Sequence record: MZ475891.1
Strand: one strand, 5' to 3'
DNA: 64,000 nt
The notes below the pieces were generated by a model, which did no database searches, had not been told where the DNA came from, and worked only from the letters and a program-made list of their open reading frames with translations. Both the position numbers and the translations under genes were made by a program. Positions 35,793 through 45,149 of this stretch are shown one piece after another (position 1 is the stretch's first letter; the number at the start of each line of letters is the position of its first letter).

Positions 35793-38573
35793 TTACATAT
35801 AGTCCATAGTAATCATGTTCGTCATAGGGTCGTTCATGAATACTGGAATACCATCCAATGAATGTGCATTGCCTGGGCGACCTTGAGCAGGAACAGGACC
35901 TTGCTGAGGAGTAGCAGCACCTGTAACTTTAGCCGTATCTGTCGGTGCAGGAGGCGGCGCTACAGGCTCAGGCACTTCGGTACGAGCAACATCGCCTACA
36001 GATACTAGAGGCTGGTGATCGACTTCGGGCTGAGGTTGCTGTTTAGGCTCAATGCGTGATACTTGGTCCTGTACTTCTTTAGGCTGTAGCCCACCAGCTT
36101 GCTCATCGTTGACACGCTTACGCGCAGCAGGCAGCTCCTGACTGTTAATGTCTTTGCCTTGACCAGAAGCAACGAGGTCTTGCATCTTACGGTCGTAGTC
36201 TGCTTGAGACTGCTTAGGCGTGACAGCACCTTTGCCAGTCAAGTCTGGGACGTTTTTGTTTGCATCCACTTGCGTGTTCGCATAGTCCTCAGGCTTACCA
36301 GTGCCTTTCTTCAACTCAGGGAACTTCTCGGCAATGCGACGATCTTCATCGGACATATCTGTCAGCTTAGGCATCTTTACAGACTTATTTAGGTCTGCCT
36401 CAGATACTTTGAGCAGCACGTCCTTTTCGTTTTGAGCACGGTTCGCTACTGATTGTTGCGTCTGTGCTGAACTCGATTTGAAGTAACGATCGGTTGTCGC
36501 GGCTTTGTAGTCCTGAATGGTCTTAATCATATCCGCATCGGACATGGAGTTAACGTCTTTGCCTTTAAGTGCATTGGCAATAACGCTAGTACCAGCACCA
36601 TACTGAACTGCCGTACTGTACATCAGCTCCTTGACACCAGCACCACGCTTCGTCAAGTCTACACCAACATCGTTCTGCACTTTAGCAGCAAGTGGTGCGT
36701 AGTGAGTACGCGTAATGTAATCGCCCTGTGCTTTATCGAACTCTTCTCCTTGAGTGTTAGCAACGTCCTTGTACACAGAGTTGAACTGTGCTGTGCCCGG
36801 AGCAAGGCCACCGAAACGAGCAAGGAATGGTTTGCCTTCAGGACTGTTCAGGAAGTTAGTCATACTGCCTGTGTTAGTAGCAAGCTGGTGCTTACCGTAG
36901 CTTACACCACCAGCATCACCTGCGCCCGTAGACACAGTACCAACACCACGACCGCCTGATTCGAATTGCTCTGACACTGAACCAAGACCGCCCTCAGCAA
37001 TAGCCTTGTTAGCAATATCGGTTACTTGCTTGCTGTCCATACGACGAGAAGGCTGTGCACGGAACGGGCCTTGATACTGACCAGCACCAGAGCCAGGCAT
37101 ACCACCAGCAAGAGCGCCTAAGTTAAACGGTACAACAACAGGTGCAGGAGTCTTAGACTTGTCCAAGTTCTCAAGCGTTGTGTCGTTGTATTCATCCATC
37201 TTCTCTTGGCGATCTTTCTCACCATCAGCAATCATCTTGTCAGAGGTGTCGGTAATCTTGTCAGACACGTACTCACCAACAGAGCTACCGAAGTAGTCAC
37301 CTAGGATGCCGCCAATAGTAGCACCAAGAGCAGCGCCAGCAGCAGTCCCCGCTACAGGTACGACAGACCCCAATATGCCACCAATCCAACCGCCAGCCAC
37401 TGCGCCGATAGAGCCACCAGCAGTGCCACCAATGGCCGAGCCAGCAGCCTTCTTTTTAGCTCCAGCTTTCTCAGCATCTGTCATGTCCTGATCAGCATCG
37501 ATGTGTTGAACATCATTTGCGTATGAAAGGCCATTACCTAACGCTGGACCGATTACAGGGATGCGCTTAGAAGCACCCATAAGCAGTGCGCTGGTTCCCG
37601 CAACTGCAACGTCCTGAACAGCGGAAGGTGCAGTTGGTGTCTTAGCAGCGATAGTCTGTGCAGCACTATCGCCAGCTTGTGTTGTGTCTTGTTGTGCAAC
37701 GGATGGATTAACCGCAGCAGGAACAATGTCAGGCTTACCTGCACCTTCGTTGCTTGCGTTGTCATCAACAGAATCCGTGTCAGTCTTATCCTTGAGCCAG
37801 TTACCTACACCCAGACCAGCAGCGGCAGTAAGAGCAACAGCAGCAAACGATCCCCACTTACCAAGCTTACCCAAACGAGGGAAGCGCTCACGTAGAGGTC
37901 TGCGACGATTAGGCAAGTCACGACCTGGACCACGACGTTCACCACGGTTACGTCCATAGCGTCTACCACGTCTGCGACCTCTTCTGCGATCTGGCCCATC
38001 AAGGTCTATGCCTGGACCGTCATCCGCTGGTGGTGGACCATCGTCATTAGCAGACTTACCGCCTTCGCCATTCTGTTGTCCATACGGGTCAGACTTGGCT
38101 TTGTTCTTAGCGCGGAATGCTTCTGACTTCTCCCACGCTAACCATTCTTCCAGTGCTTTCTGCGTCTTCTGATTGACTAACGTACCGTCACGAATAGCAT
38201 CAACGATTTCATCACTGGAGCGCTCGCCTGAGATGAACAGGTCTTCAAGCGCAGACTCAACCTGTTTAGGATTCGGCACGGTAGCACGCGGCGATGGGTC
38301 CTGACTTAGGTTGATATTGATTGCACGTTCTTTCTCACGGGCAGCTTTACGCTCACGCACAGCACGGTTCTTAGCACGCGAACCTGGGCCAACATAATAC
38401 TCGTCTTCATCATCCACGAGATCATCGTCGTGCATGTTAAACGAGAAGTCAGGACCTTTCTTCCGCGCTTTGCGTCCTTTAGGCATACCCGCTACAAAGG
38501 AGCCTAAGCCATCAGCGTGCTCGATCATTAGTTCGAGTGCAGACAGCTCTTTCTCTTGAGGCTTAGCCATCAT
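35793..38573 (-). CDS. Tape-measure/hub protein with VgrG3-type peptidoglycan hydrolase domain
   Basis: Arg-Gly-rich segment, Gly-zipper hydrophobic stretch, then SEQFESGGRGVGTVSTG.GD.GGVSYG.HQL (~36410-36990) typical of VgrG3-like muramidases. Confidence 0.7.
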   Translation of the reverse strand: MMAKPQEKELSALELMIEHADGLGSFVAGMPKGRKARKKGPDFSFNMHDDDLVDDEDEYYVGPGSRAKNRAVRERKAAREKERAININLSQDPSPRATVPNPKQVESALEDLFISGERSSDEIVDAIRDGTLVNQKTQKALEEWLAWEKSEAFRAKNKAKSDPYGQQNGEGGKSANDDGPPPADDGPGIDLDGPDRRRGRRRGRRYGRNRGERRGPGRDLPNRRRPLRERFPRLGKLGKWGSFAAVALTAAAGLGVGNWLKDKTDTDSVDDNASNEGAGKPDIVPAAVNPSVAQQDTTQAGDSAAQTIAAKTPTAPSAVQDVAVAGTSALLMGASKRIPVIGPALGNGLSYANDVQHIDADQDMTDAEKAGAKKKAAGSAIGGTAGGSIGAVAGGWIGGILGSVVPVAGTAAGAALGATIGGILGDYFGSSVGEYVSDKITDTSDKMIADGEKDRQEKMDEYNDTTLENLDKSKTPAPVVVPFNLGALAGGMPGSGAGQYQGPFRAQPSRRMDSKQVTDIANKAIAEGGLGSVSEQFESGGRGVGTVSTGAGDAGGVSYGKHQLATNTGSMTNFLNSPEGKPFLARFGGLAPGTAQFNSVYKDVANTQGEEFDKAQGDYITRTHYAPLAAKVQNDVGVDLTKRGAGVKELMYSTAVQYGAGTSVIANALKGKDVNSMSDADMIKTIQDYKAATTDRYFKSSSAQTQQSVANRAQNEKDVLLKVSEADLNKSVKMPKLTDMSDEDRRIAEKFPELKKGTGKPEDYANTQVDANKNVPDLTGKGAVTPKQSQADYDRKMQDLVASGQGKDINSQELPAARKRVNDEQAGGLQPKEVQDQVSRIEPKQQPQPEVDHQPLVSVGDVARTEVPEPVAPPPAPTDTAKVTGAATPQQGPVPAQGRPGNAHSLDGIPVFMNDPMTNMITMDYM

Positions 38574-39409
38574 TTACTCCTATTGCGCTTCGATTTCTCC
38601 AGCGCTCGGGCTTCTTCTGCTTTGTTCTTATCGTGAACGTAAGCACTATGCCAGTAGAGCAGTTTGTTTATATTGATATTGTCTGGCACGTAAATGTTCT
38701 TGGCCGAGGCAAGGTCCAACGTCATGTTGTTCATTGACGTATCGGAGTACACACGCAAGTAACCCAAGATATTGATAGGGCTTTTGTGTTTGTACGTGCG
38801 GAAGCAGCGGTTACACTTGTGGGTTGTTTCCAACTCGCAGCTAATGTACTCGTAGCTTCCTGCATTAAGCAGCTCGGCAGGGTCCGTGTACAGGATGGTA
38901 TCTTCCAGTGATAAATCGCTGTCCACGTAAAGCGCATTCATTACCTGTGTGCGTTCATACGTCTCTGCCAACAACTCGGCTTCAATCCAACGCTGCACTG
39001 TAGGGTGACGAACACCAGCAGGTACATCATACCACTTGTGTTCAATGATGCGCTGCTTACTCACTTCCTCTGTGTTAAGCATATCACAAGGCACTTCAAC
39101 GAACTTGCGACCACGTGGTCTGTCGTAATGACGTTCACCACGCATATCAACATAGAACGATTGCACACAGCGCCACTCATACAGACGGTGAGACTGAGGC
39201 CAACTGTTTCTGTCGAACATTGCAAGCATGTAGCGGAAGTCTTCCAAATACATATCGCGGACACGCACGTTGGTAAAACGTTGCAGCGTGTCAACAAAGA
39301 GGTCAGGCAGTTTATACTTCTGTGCGTTGTACAGGCTAGACATAGCATCAGCCGTGACCTGTTGAATACGCACATCGGTCCTGCCTGAGGGCAGATATAT
39401 CTCTAACAT
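38570..39409 (-). CDS. Baseplate hub assembly chaperone (T4 gp26/gp51-like)
   Basis: N-terminal YLPSG, C-terminal HKCNRC Zn motif; paralogous pattern to the upstream gene. Confidence 0.55.
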   Translation of the reverse strand: MLEIYLPSGRTDVRIQQVTADAMSSLYNAQKYKLPDLFVDTLQRFTNVRVRDMYLEDFRYMLAMFDRNSWPQSHRLYEWRCVQSFYVDMRGERHYDRPRGRKFVEVPCDMLNTEEVSKQRIIEHKWYDVPAGVRHPTVQRWIEAELLAETYERTQVMNALYVDSDLSLEDTILYTDPAELLNAGSYEYISCELETTHKCNRCFRTYKHKSPINILGYLRVYSDTSMNNMTLDLASAKNIYVPDNININKLLYWHSAYVHDKNKAEEARALEKSKRNRSK

Positions 39410-40092
39410 TAGCTGATAAAGATCTGAGGTGTCATTTCCCAGCGACGAGTCGAGTGACGGCCGCAGGAAGGACAGAGCAGTTCAATATCATTGAGCACAC
39501 CATGACGAGAAGCAAGCACCCACTCAGACAATTCAGTCCATAGCTTGAGGTCTTGTTGATCTTCTAAGCGTGCCATGTTGCGATCAAAGTTAGGACCAAG
39601 ATGCGCTACGTGCCAGTTGAAAATATCTTCTGACGCGCGGTCATAATCACGCATACGAGGCAGGTCAAAGTGTTCATGCTCAGCAGTCAGCACCGCGATT
39701 GTCATAGACGAATCATCGATGATACCCACGTTACGGCTGGCGCACGGGAAGGTGTTGATAACGCCTGCGTCCGTACGTAATTCGTTGACGATACCATCAG
39801 AATATTCAAACAGAGGTTTCTTACACTGCCAGTATGTGCGCAGCGGCACAACAGGCGACATGAACATGCGTTGCTGGAATACAAGTGCGTGCGCATCAGG
39901 TATTGTCAGCTCATCCAGACTGACGTTCAGGCAAGGGGCTAGAGCATCAAGCAAGATGTAGCGCATATCTTTTGTTTCAACTGCTTTGGCGATAGCACGG
40001 TTCTGTCTGCCGCTAAAGTGTGTCATCTCAAACGACTCAGGCAGGTTAGCCTTGTAGCCGCGTGACGGTAAGCTCGCTGTTTGAATTTCCAT
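39409..40092 (-). CDS. Baseplate hub assembly chaperone (T4 gp26-like); start revised to MEIQ at 40092
   Basis: LPSRGY motif, LTIPDAHALVFQQR, C-terminal CPSCG; the longer track start overlaps the tube gene. Confidence 0.65.
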   Translation of the reverse strand: MEIQTASLPSRGYKANLPESFEMTHFSGRQNRAIAKAVETKDMRYILLDALAPCLNVSLDELTIPDAHALVFQQRMFMSPVVPLRTYWQCKKPLFEYSDGIVNELRTDAGVINTFPCASRNVGIIDDSSMTIAVLTAEHEHFDLPRMRDYDRASEDIFNWHVAHLGPNFDRNMARLEDQQDLKLWTELSEWVLASRHGVLNDIELLCPSCGRHSTRRWEMTPQIFIS

Positions 40093-40099
40093 AATGATC

Positions 40100-40615
40100 T
40101 CAACTAAATTCAGGGATTTGGGCATCAAGCTGCATTTGCACTGACCATACACCACGGCCGCCTGTGCCGTTAAGTTGTATGCCTTGCCCACCCACTGGCC
40201 AACAGTTACGAAGCTGCATAGCGGCAACCATTTTTCCTTGGTTGTCGTACAGTTCAATGAACATATTCTTTTTATAAGCTGACGGTAAACGCATACCGCC
40301 TGTGTACGGATTCTGAATCAGGTTCTGCCACGCTGTGAAATACTTCATTACAGCAAGACGTTGGTCGATACCGAACATCAGATTGAATCCGTCAATGCTG
40401 GAACCATGTGGCCAGTTGATTGCTACAGAAGCCACTTCTTTTGATTTAGACTGAAAGACAGAGAACGGCAAATCGACTTCTTCACACGCAAAAGGACTGA
40501 GTGACACACCGCCCATTGTAGGAAACTCACGGATGCGCCACTTGTCCAGCATGAAGGGATCGTCTAAGCCAGGTGCAGATGTGTCTTGCAGGTCAGCAAG
40601 CGTCGGCAGCGGCAT
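40100..40615 (-). CDS. Tail tube protein paralog (gp19/gp54-like)
   Basis: FTAWQNLI.NP.TG...YKK...IELYDNQG......L.NCWP; similar to 41344..41856. Confidence 0.75.
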   Translation of the reverse strand: MPLPTLADLQDTSAPGLDDPFMLDKWRIREFPTMGGVSLSPFACEEVDLPFSVFQSKSKEVASVAINWPHGSSIDGFNLMFGIDQRLAVMKYFTAWQNLIQNPYTGGMRLPSAYKKNMFIELYDNQGKMVAAMQLRNCWPVGGQGIQLNGTGGRGVWSVQMQLDAQIPEFS

Positions 40616-40617
40616 GA

Positions 40618-41295
40618 TCAGTCCTCTACAATAATAAGCACAGGTCTAACAGCATCATCGAACTTGATGAACGCAGCGCCAACAAGATAGCCACCCTTCT
40701 CTACTTGTTTCACGACAGCCTTTTCAAGATCTGTTTCCCACTTATCGCGCTGTGCGGGTTTGTAAGAAGCAAACGTCTCAGAAGCATCGTAGTAGTTATA
40801 GGTACCACCAGTAGGCATTGGGATACGTGCAAGGAACTCTAAGCGACTACAGTTCTTGAACGGGGTCTTGCGTAGCTCTTGCGTCAGCTTGGTGTTCTCT
40901 GATTTAGAGCCAGGCACAGCGGTGAATACTTTCTTAGGCTGAGGCTCACGAGGAGCAGCAGGCATCTTCTCACGCGCTGGCGTATTCTTGTCGCTGGCTT
41001 TCTTAACACGAATACCAGAAACAGTCCCTGTGAATGGACGACTGCGACCAAGCAACGAACGTGCGGCCGTAGCATCAACAACAAACACAACAGACGGGTC
41101 ATCACGGTGCAGCACATAGAACTTGTTACGTGCAGCGGCCTTGATACCGAATACGTCTTTGTCCTCAATATCCGCTTCGTGTTCTTTGTTCTCGATACTG
41201 ACCTTGCGCTTACCTTCAAAGCGATACCAGTCGCAGTCATTGATAGACACGATAGGTGTTTTGCGTGAAGCACTCTCGCTCAGAAAAATAAGCAT
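40618..41295 (-). CDS. Putative internal virion protein (N-terminal SESAS + shared ~60-aa domain)
   Basis: MLIFLSESAS...WYRFEG...IEDKDVFGI...FYVL...PSVVFVVD...LLGRSRPF. Confidence 0.7.
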   Translation of the reverse strand: MLIFLSESASRKTPIVSINDCDWYRFEGKRKVSIENKEHEADIEDKDVFGIKAAARNKFYVLHRDDPSVVFVVDATAARSLLGRSRPFTGTVSGIRVKKASDKNTPAREKMPAAPREPQPKKVFTAVPGSKSENTKLTQELRKTPFKNCSRLEFLARIPMPTGGTYNYYDASETFASYKPAQRDKWETDLEKAVVKQVEKGGYLVGAAFIKFDDAVRPVLIIVED

Positions 41296-41314
41296 GGTAT
41301 CTCCAGGAAACGAG

Positions 41315-41338
41315 AAAGGGCCAAAACATCTGGCCCTT
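41315..41338 (-). terminator. Rho-independent terminator
   Basis: AAGGGCCA-GATGTTT-TGGCCCTT-TCTCG after the tube gene; short U-tract. Confidence 0.55.
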
Positions 41339-41343
41339 AGTTA

Positions 41344-41856
41344 TTACGATGCGAGTTCAACGTAGTCGAAGGACCATTCGATTGAGATCGGTACAGCCTG
41401 TGCAGCGCCAGAGAAGCTCAGGTCAGGAACCTGCTTCGGCCACACACCGAACACGTTGTATTCTGCAACCACAGAACCATCCATATCAAAGATACGGAAG
41501 ATAGCTTTGGTTGAGTAGTCCGCTTTCTTCGCACCCAACTGAGTCTGCGTAGCACGAACGAGTTCATGCCATGCTTCCAGTTGTTTGTACACAGCCATCT
41601 CTGAGTTCTCGTTATACTCAGTAGAGATTGTGTGCGAGAAGGTTTTACGACCCGCGTAGTTAAGCTGGTGGCCGAACGCTTCTTTCAATACTTCTTCCAG
41701 CGTTGAGCCAGGCTTAACGCCAGTCTTACAGAAGATACGCAGAGTACGCGCATAGTCTGTACCACCAACTGGCGGGTTCGGAATCAGGAACTCGAAGTTG
41801 TCATCGAGTAACGGATCGAGCGTAGACGAAAATTCGTCAAGAGTTACCTTTGGCAT
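41344..41856 (-). CDS. Major tail tube protein (T4 gp19-like)
   Basis: Directly after the sheath; LEAWHELV...Y.....IFRIFDMDG......Y...GVWP..V.DL.F...WSFDY. Confidence 0.85.
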   Translation of the reverse strand: MPKVTLDEFSSTLDPLLDDNFEFLIPNPPVGGTDYARTLRIFCKTGVKPGSTLEEVLKEAFGHQLNYAGRKTFSHTISTEYNENSEMAVYKQLEAWHELVRATQTQLGAKKADYSTKAIFRIFDMDGSVVAEYNVFGVWPKQVPDLSFSGAAQAVPISIEWSFDYVELAS

Positions 41857-41866
41857 CTAAAGCTCC

Positions 41867-43552
41867 TTAGATTGCGCCAGACTGGATGAGTTGCAGCGCG
41901 TACTGGATATCGCCAACAGGTGGCACGATAGCAGTTACGTGAATGCGTTTAGTGTAGCGAGTCGGGTCAAGGAAAATATCGATGATCAGATCGCCACGCG
42001 CTTCGTCTTCTGCGGTGTTGTTGGTATAGTCACAAGTAACTGCATACCAACGCAGGCCACGACCGGTCTTAATCGGTTCGAGGATTGCTTCCATCGCAGA
42101 CTTCTGGCGCTGCTTCAGGATGTCATCGTTCGGCTCAAACACGGCGCTAAGGTTGTTAGCACGCGCAGATGCATGAAGCATCGCAAGCAGACGACGTACA
42201 CCGATATCCTGAAGAGGAGACTTCGTGGTGTAAGTGGTATCAGCACCCCACATGAAGATGCCTTCACCTTCGAAGATAGCAATCGGGTTGATTTGGTTCT
42301 CAACCAGAATATCGCGATCCCCGAGTTTGAAGCGATAGCGCACGTCAGTAGCGAAGTCCAGTTTACCACGTTGCAGACCGCCAGGAGCAAGCCATGAAGC
42401 AACTTGGTCAGCAGTCAACATGCAGTAAGCAGAACACACAGACGCAGGCACATAGAAGTCGCGTGCGTTGTCGTTGTCGCGTGCTTTAACATCGGAGTTA
42501 GCCAGAGAAGACCAAGAACCCGTGATAGAGAACTCAGCGTTCTGGTACTCTTTGTTACCACGACGATACGCAACAGCGTTGTCACGACCTTGCAGCAGCA
42601 CAGGGATACCGTGCGTTGCAATACAGTCCATGCGAGACTCGGCCAGGGTGTCAATCTTGTTGGCAATCACTGGATGCTCAAGACCACCAGAGCACAGGAT
42701 GCCAGCTTGAATGTCTTCCCAATCGCGGTAGTTATCCCACGCACTGACAACAGCGCTCAGACTCTGATTCGCTATAGTTGCATCGGAGTGATCGACGTCA
42801 ATAACAGCACCATCAGAACCGCCAGTAAACTGACCGTTAACTGCATCAGGGTCCGTAGGATCAGCTGGCCCACCACCGATAGCATTGATGACCACATAGT
42901 TTGGGTCCTCCAGCAATTTGTAGTGATCGGTATTCAGCTTGACACGGATATATTTGGACGCTGTGTTGATAACGTCTTCAATATAGAACTGATTGCCAGC
43001 TTCGTCTTTGTAGTAACGAGTAGTCACCACGTGGGTTTCGAGTGCTGTCAGGTAACCTGTCTGATACACTTTGATGATGGACTTAATGCCCAGTGCATCA
43101 GTCACGTCAGGTTCAAACGTGATGTACAGGTTGTTCGCCGCTGCATACTGAGACAAGGAATAAATCAGGCAAATGTCGCGGGTAGAGAAAGCGACTTGCT
43201 CTGGGTCATCTAATCCAGCATCACCCAGAGGGCGGCAGGTGGCGAAGTTGTTATAAGTTGTGAGGAACACACCTGCGTACTTAACAGAGAGAGCAACACG
43301 CGTAATGTTCAGCTTGGTCGCCTTCGTCATCAGAATCTTAGCGATCTGAACGTTGTTGGCATACTGACCGGTCGCTGGACCAAACAGGGCATCAATCTCG
43401 TCTTTGCTTGTCACAGTTGTGTTAACGCCAACAGGACCTCGTGGGAACGGCAGCACAAGAGTACACATGCCAAAAGTGACAAGTGACGCTTGGTTACTGC
43501 GGTCGTTCTCCATCGAGTAAACCCCAGGAGAGGGGTGATTCGGAATTAACAT
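41867..43552 (-). CDS. Contractile tail sheath protein
   Basis: PGVYSME...GPVG, WLAPGG..RG, L.ENQINPI..F.G.G..MWGADT, VRRLL, VFEPND, C...NNT motifs. Confidence 0.93.
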   Translation of the reverse strand: MLIPNHPSPGVYSMENDRSNQASLVTFGMCTLVLPFPRGPVGVNTTVTSKDEIDALFGPATGQYANNVQIAKILMTKATKLNITRVALSVKYAGVFLTTYNNFATCRPLGDAGLDDPEQVAFSTRDICLIYSLSQYAAANNLYITFEPDVTDALGIKSIIKVYQTGYLTALETHVVTTRYYKDEAGNQFYIEDVINTASKYIRVKLNTDHYKLLEDPNYVVINAIGGGPADPTDPDAVNGQFTGGSDGAVIDVDHSDATIANQSLSAVVSAWDNYRDWEDIQAGILCSGGLEHPVIANKIDTLAESRMDCIATHGIPVLLQGRDNAVAYRRGNKEYQNAEFSITGSWSSLANSDVKARDNDNARDFYVPASVCSAYCMLTADQVASWLAPGGLQRGKLDFATDVRYRFKLGDRDILVENQINPIAIFEGEGIFMWGADTTYTTKSPLQDIGVRRLLAMLHASARANNLSAVFEPNDDILKQRQKSAMEAILEPIKTGRGLRWYAVTCDYTNNTAEDEARGDLIIDIFLDPTRYTKRIHVTAIVPPVGDIQYALQLIQSGAI

Positions 43553-43594
43553 CGTGAATCTCCATAAGAGAGGGTATCGTGCAACGACTGGTGT

Positions 43595-43602
43595 AAATTA
43601 GC
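43595..43602 (-). promoter_or_regulatory. Candidate late-promoter motif GCTAATTT
   Basis: Exact motif 42 nt upstream of the sheath start, intergenic. Confidence 0.55.
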
Positions 43603-43608
43603 GTGTTG

Positions 43609-43953
43609 TCAGTAGCAAATCACATTAACACGCTGATCAACGTCACTTACCAGAACACTTTTATCCATAGAGCCAGTAAGAGTAAACTGACCTTCGATAA
43701 TCATCTGGCCACCAGCGAATTGCAGAATAATAGGCTCGGCAGTATCGATATACAACAGGCCTACGATAGCAGGCAGTTGATATCCAGTAGGTCCTACGAT
43801 AACAGACTGCATCTGATACAATCCATCGAGAGGTACGCCCACAGCATGAGACTGACGCTTGAGCACTTCGTTCTGATTAGAAGTAACTGAACGCACACGG
43901 CTGTCAACGACTAGCGTACGGTCGAGCTTACGATACTTTTGGCGCGTATACAT
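43609..43953 (-). CDS. Hypothetical virion protein
   Basis: 114-aa ORF, TAATG-coupled to the upstream gene. Confidence 0.65.
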   Translation of the reverse strand: MYTRQKYRKLDRTLVVDSRVRSVTSNQNEVLKRQSHAVGVPLDGLYQMQSVIVGPTGYQLPAIVGLLYIDTAEPIILQFAGGQMIIEGQFTLTGSMDKSVLVSDVDQRVNVICY

Positions 43954-44624
43954 TACTCTTCCTCTTCGTCGTCAGGCAATCCCAAGTCCATATCGATCTC
44001 AACGTTCTCGGAGACTTCACCGTAGTTGTTGATTTTCGCTTGTTCGAGGTTAAAGCCAATCTTTGTTTTAATCGAGAACGGGATCTCAAGTTCAAAGCTG
44101 CCCGGCGTTGAGCCTTCATCAAGGTTATCGATGGTGGGCATTGGGATGCTGTCACCGTCAAGCAACACACGCACAGTCCATGCTGACGTAGGCATCTCAA
44201 TCTTAAAGCTGAGCAGTTCGGTGATGGATGCGATCAACAGTTGCTGCGTGAACAACAGCGCTTGGTCGATATCCATGAACTTGACATAGAAGCTACCACT
44301 AAGCGTAACAGGAAAGTAGTAGTTAGTGACAACGATGGCATTGGTATCGTCTTGACCCATTGCCCAACCAGAACCAAAGCGAGCAACAGTCTTAGGGTTG
44401 GCCATCAGTTCACGGTCGAATGTGATGTTGGACAACTTGAACCAACCGTAAGGATATTCTGTACTCTGATTGTTGTTAGCACGAATACCTTGCTTAGGGT
44501 TGTTGTGTACAGACCACACAAAGCGCTTTAGACCAAAGCCTCGGCATAGTTGTCGTTGTACTCCGAAAATCGAGGTGCGCAATGAAGTAGAGTTCTTCAT
44601 CAGACCTGTAATGTTTACCGTCAT
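43953..44624 (-). CDS. Putative tail terminator/completion protein (gp15-like position)
   Basis: 223 aa between capsid and sheath genes; beta-rich PVTL...V.F and ELEIPFSIKT. Confidence 0.5.
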   Translation of the reverse strand: MTVNITGLMKNSTSLRTSIFGVQRQLCRGFGLKRFVWSVHNNPKQGIRANNNQSTEYPYGWFKLSNITFDRELMANPKTVARFGSGWAMGQDDTNAIVVTNYYFPVTLSGSFYVKFMDIDQALLFTQQLLIASITELLSFKIEMPTSAWTVRVLLDGDSIPMPTIDNLDEGSTPGSFELEIPFSIKTKIGFNLEQAKINNYGEVSENVEIDMDLGLPDDEEEE

Positions 44625-44643
44625 TTGTGGTACCCCAGATACG

Positions 44644-44670
44644 AAAAAGGGCAGCCGAAGCCACCCTTTT
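44644..44670 (-). terminator. Rho-independent terminator (UUCG loop)
   Basis: AAAAGGGTGGC-TTCG-GCTGCCCTTTTT; ends the capsid operon. Confidence 0.8.
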
Positions 44671-44689
44671 GGTTACCCGTAATCGGGTG

Positions 44690-45094
44690 CTAGTCGAGAC
44701 GCAAGCGAATCAGCGAGCTAGACTCAGAATCAACAACGGTAACGTCATCTTCATCGTCCAGGTCTTCTTCGTCTTCAACATCATCCGCAGAATCATCTTC
44801 GGAGGTATTGAGACTAACTACTTCATCGTCATACAACGACTCGGCTCTTTCTTCCTCGGCAGTAAGCGCTAAGGCCGCAGACAGAGCAGTAACCGAATCA
44901 GCCATGCTTGACGCACTACTCACGGAGTTAACGAGGCAGTTAGCTTCGAAGTTATCAGTGAGTTCGCATTCAAGGAACTGATCAGCATCTGGCGCAACAG
45001 CAGCTTGAGTTAACAAGCGTGCTACGTCCAACCACTGTCCGTCACGCGCGGCGACAATTGCCAGTGCAGCTAAGGAACCAGATAAGGTCTTCAT
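44690..45094 (-). CDS. Small acidic head protein
   Basis: 134 aa, helical N-half, D/E-rich C-half with DSESSS; directly after the MCP. Confidence 0.7.
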   Translation of the reverse strand: MKTLSGSLAALAIVAARDGQWLDVARLLTQAAVAPDADQFLECELTDNFEANCLVNSVSSASSMADSVTALSAALALTAEEERAESLYDDEVVSLNTSEDDSADDVEDEEDLDDEDDVTVVDSESSSLIRLRLD

Positions 45095-45149
45095 GTTTGG
45101 TCCTCAGTGAAGAGGGCAGCTTATGCCACCCTCAGATTGCACAACAATG

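Noticed and set aside
38570-40092. Lambda G/GT-type programmed frameshift between the two genes upstream of the tape-measure-like gene
   Set aside because: Both ORFs have their own ATG and LPS-motif N-terminus, joined by a TAATG overlap; no slippery heptamer noticed at the junction.
40093-40257. N-terminal extension of track ORF 39409..40257 (likewise 50363..50404 of 49232..50404)
   Set aside because: Overlaps the upstream gene out of frame; downstream ATGs at 40092 and 50362 give normal spacing or coupling and family-like N-termini.
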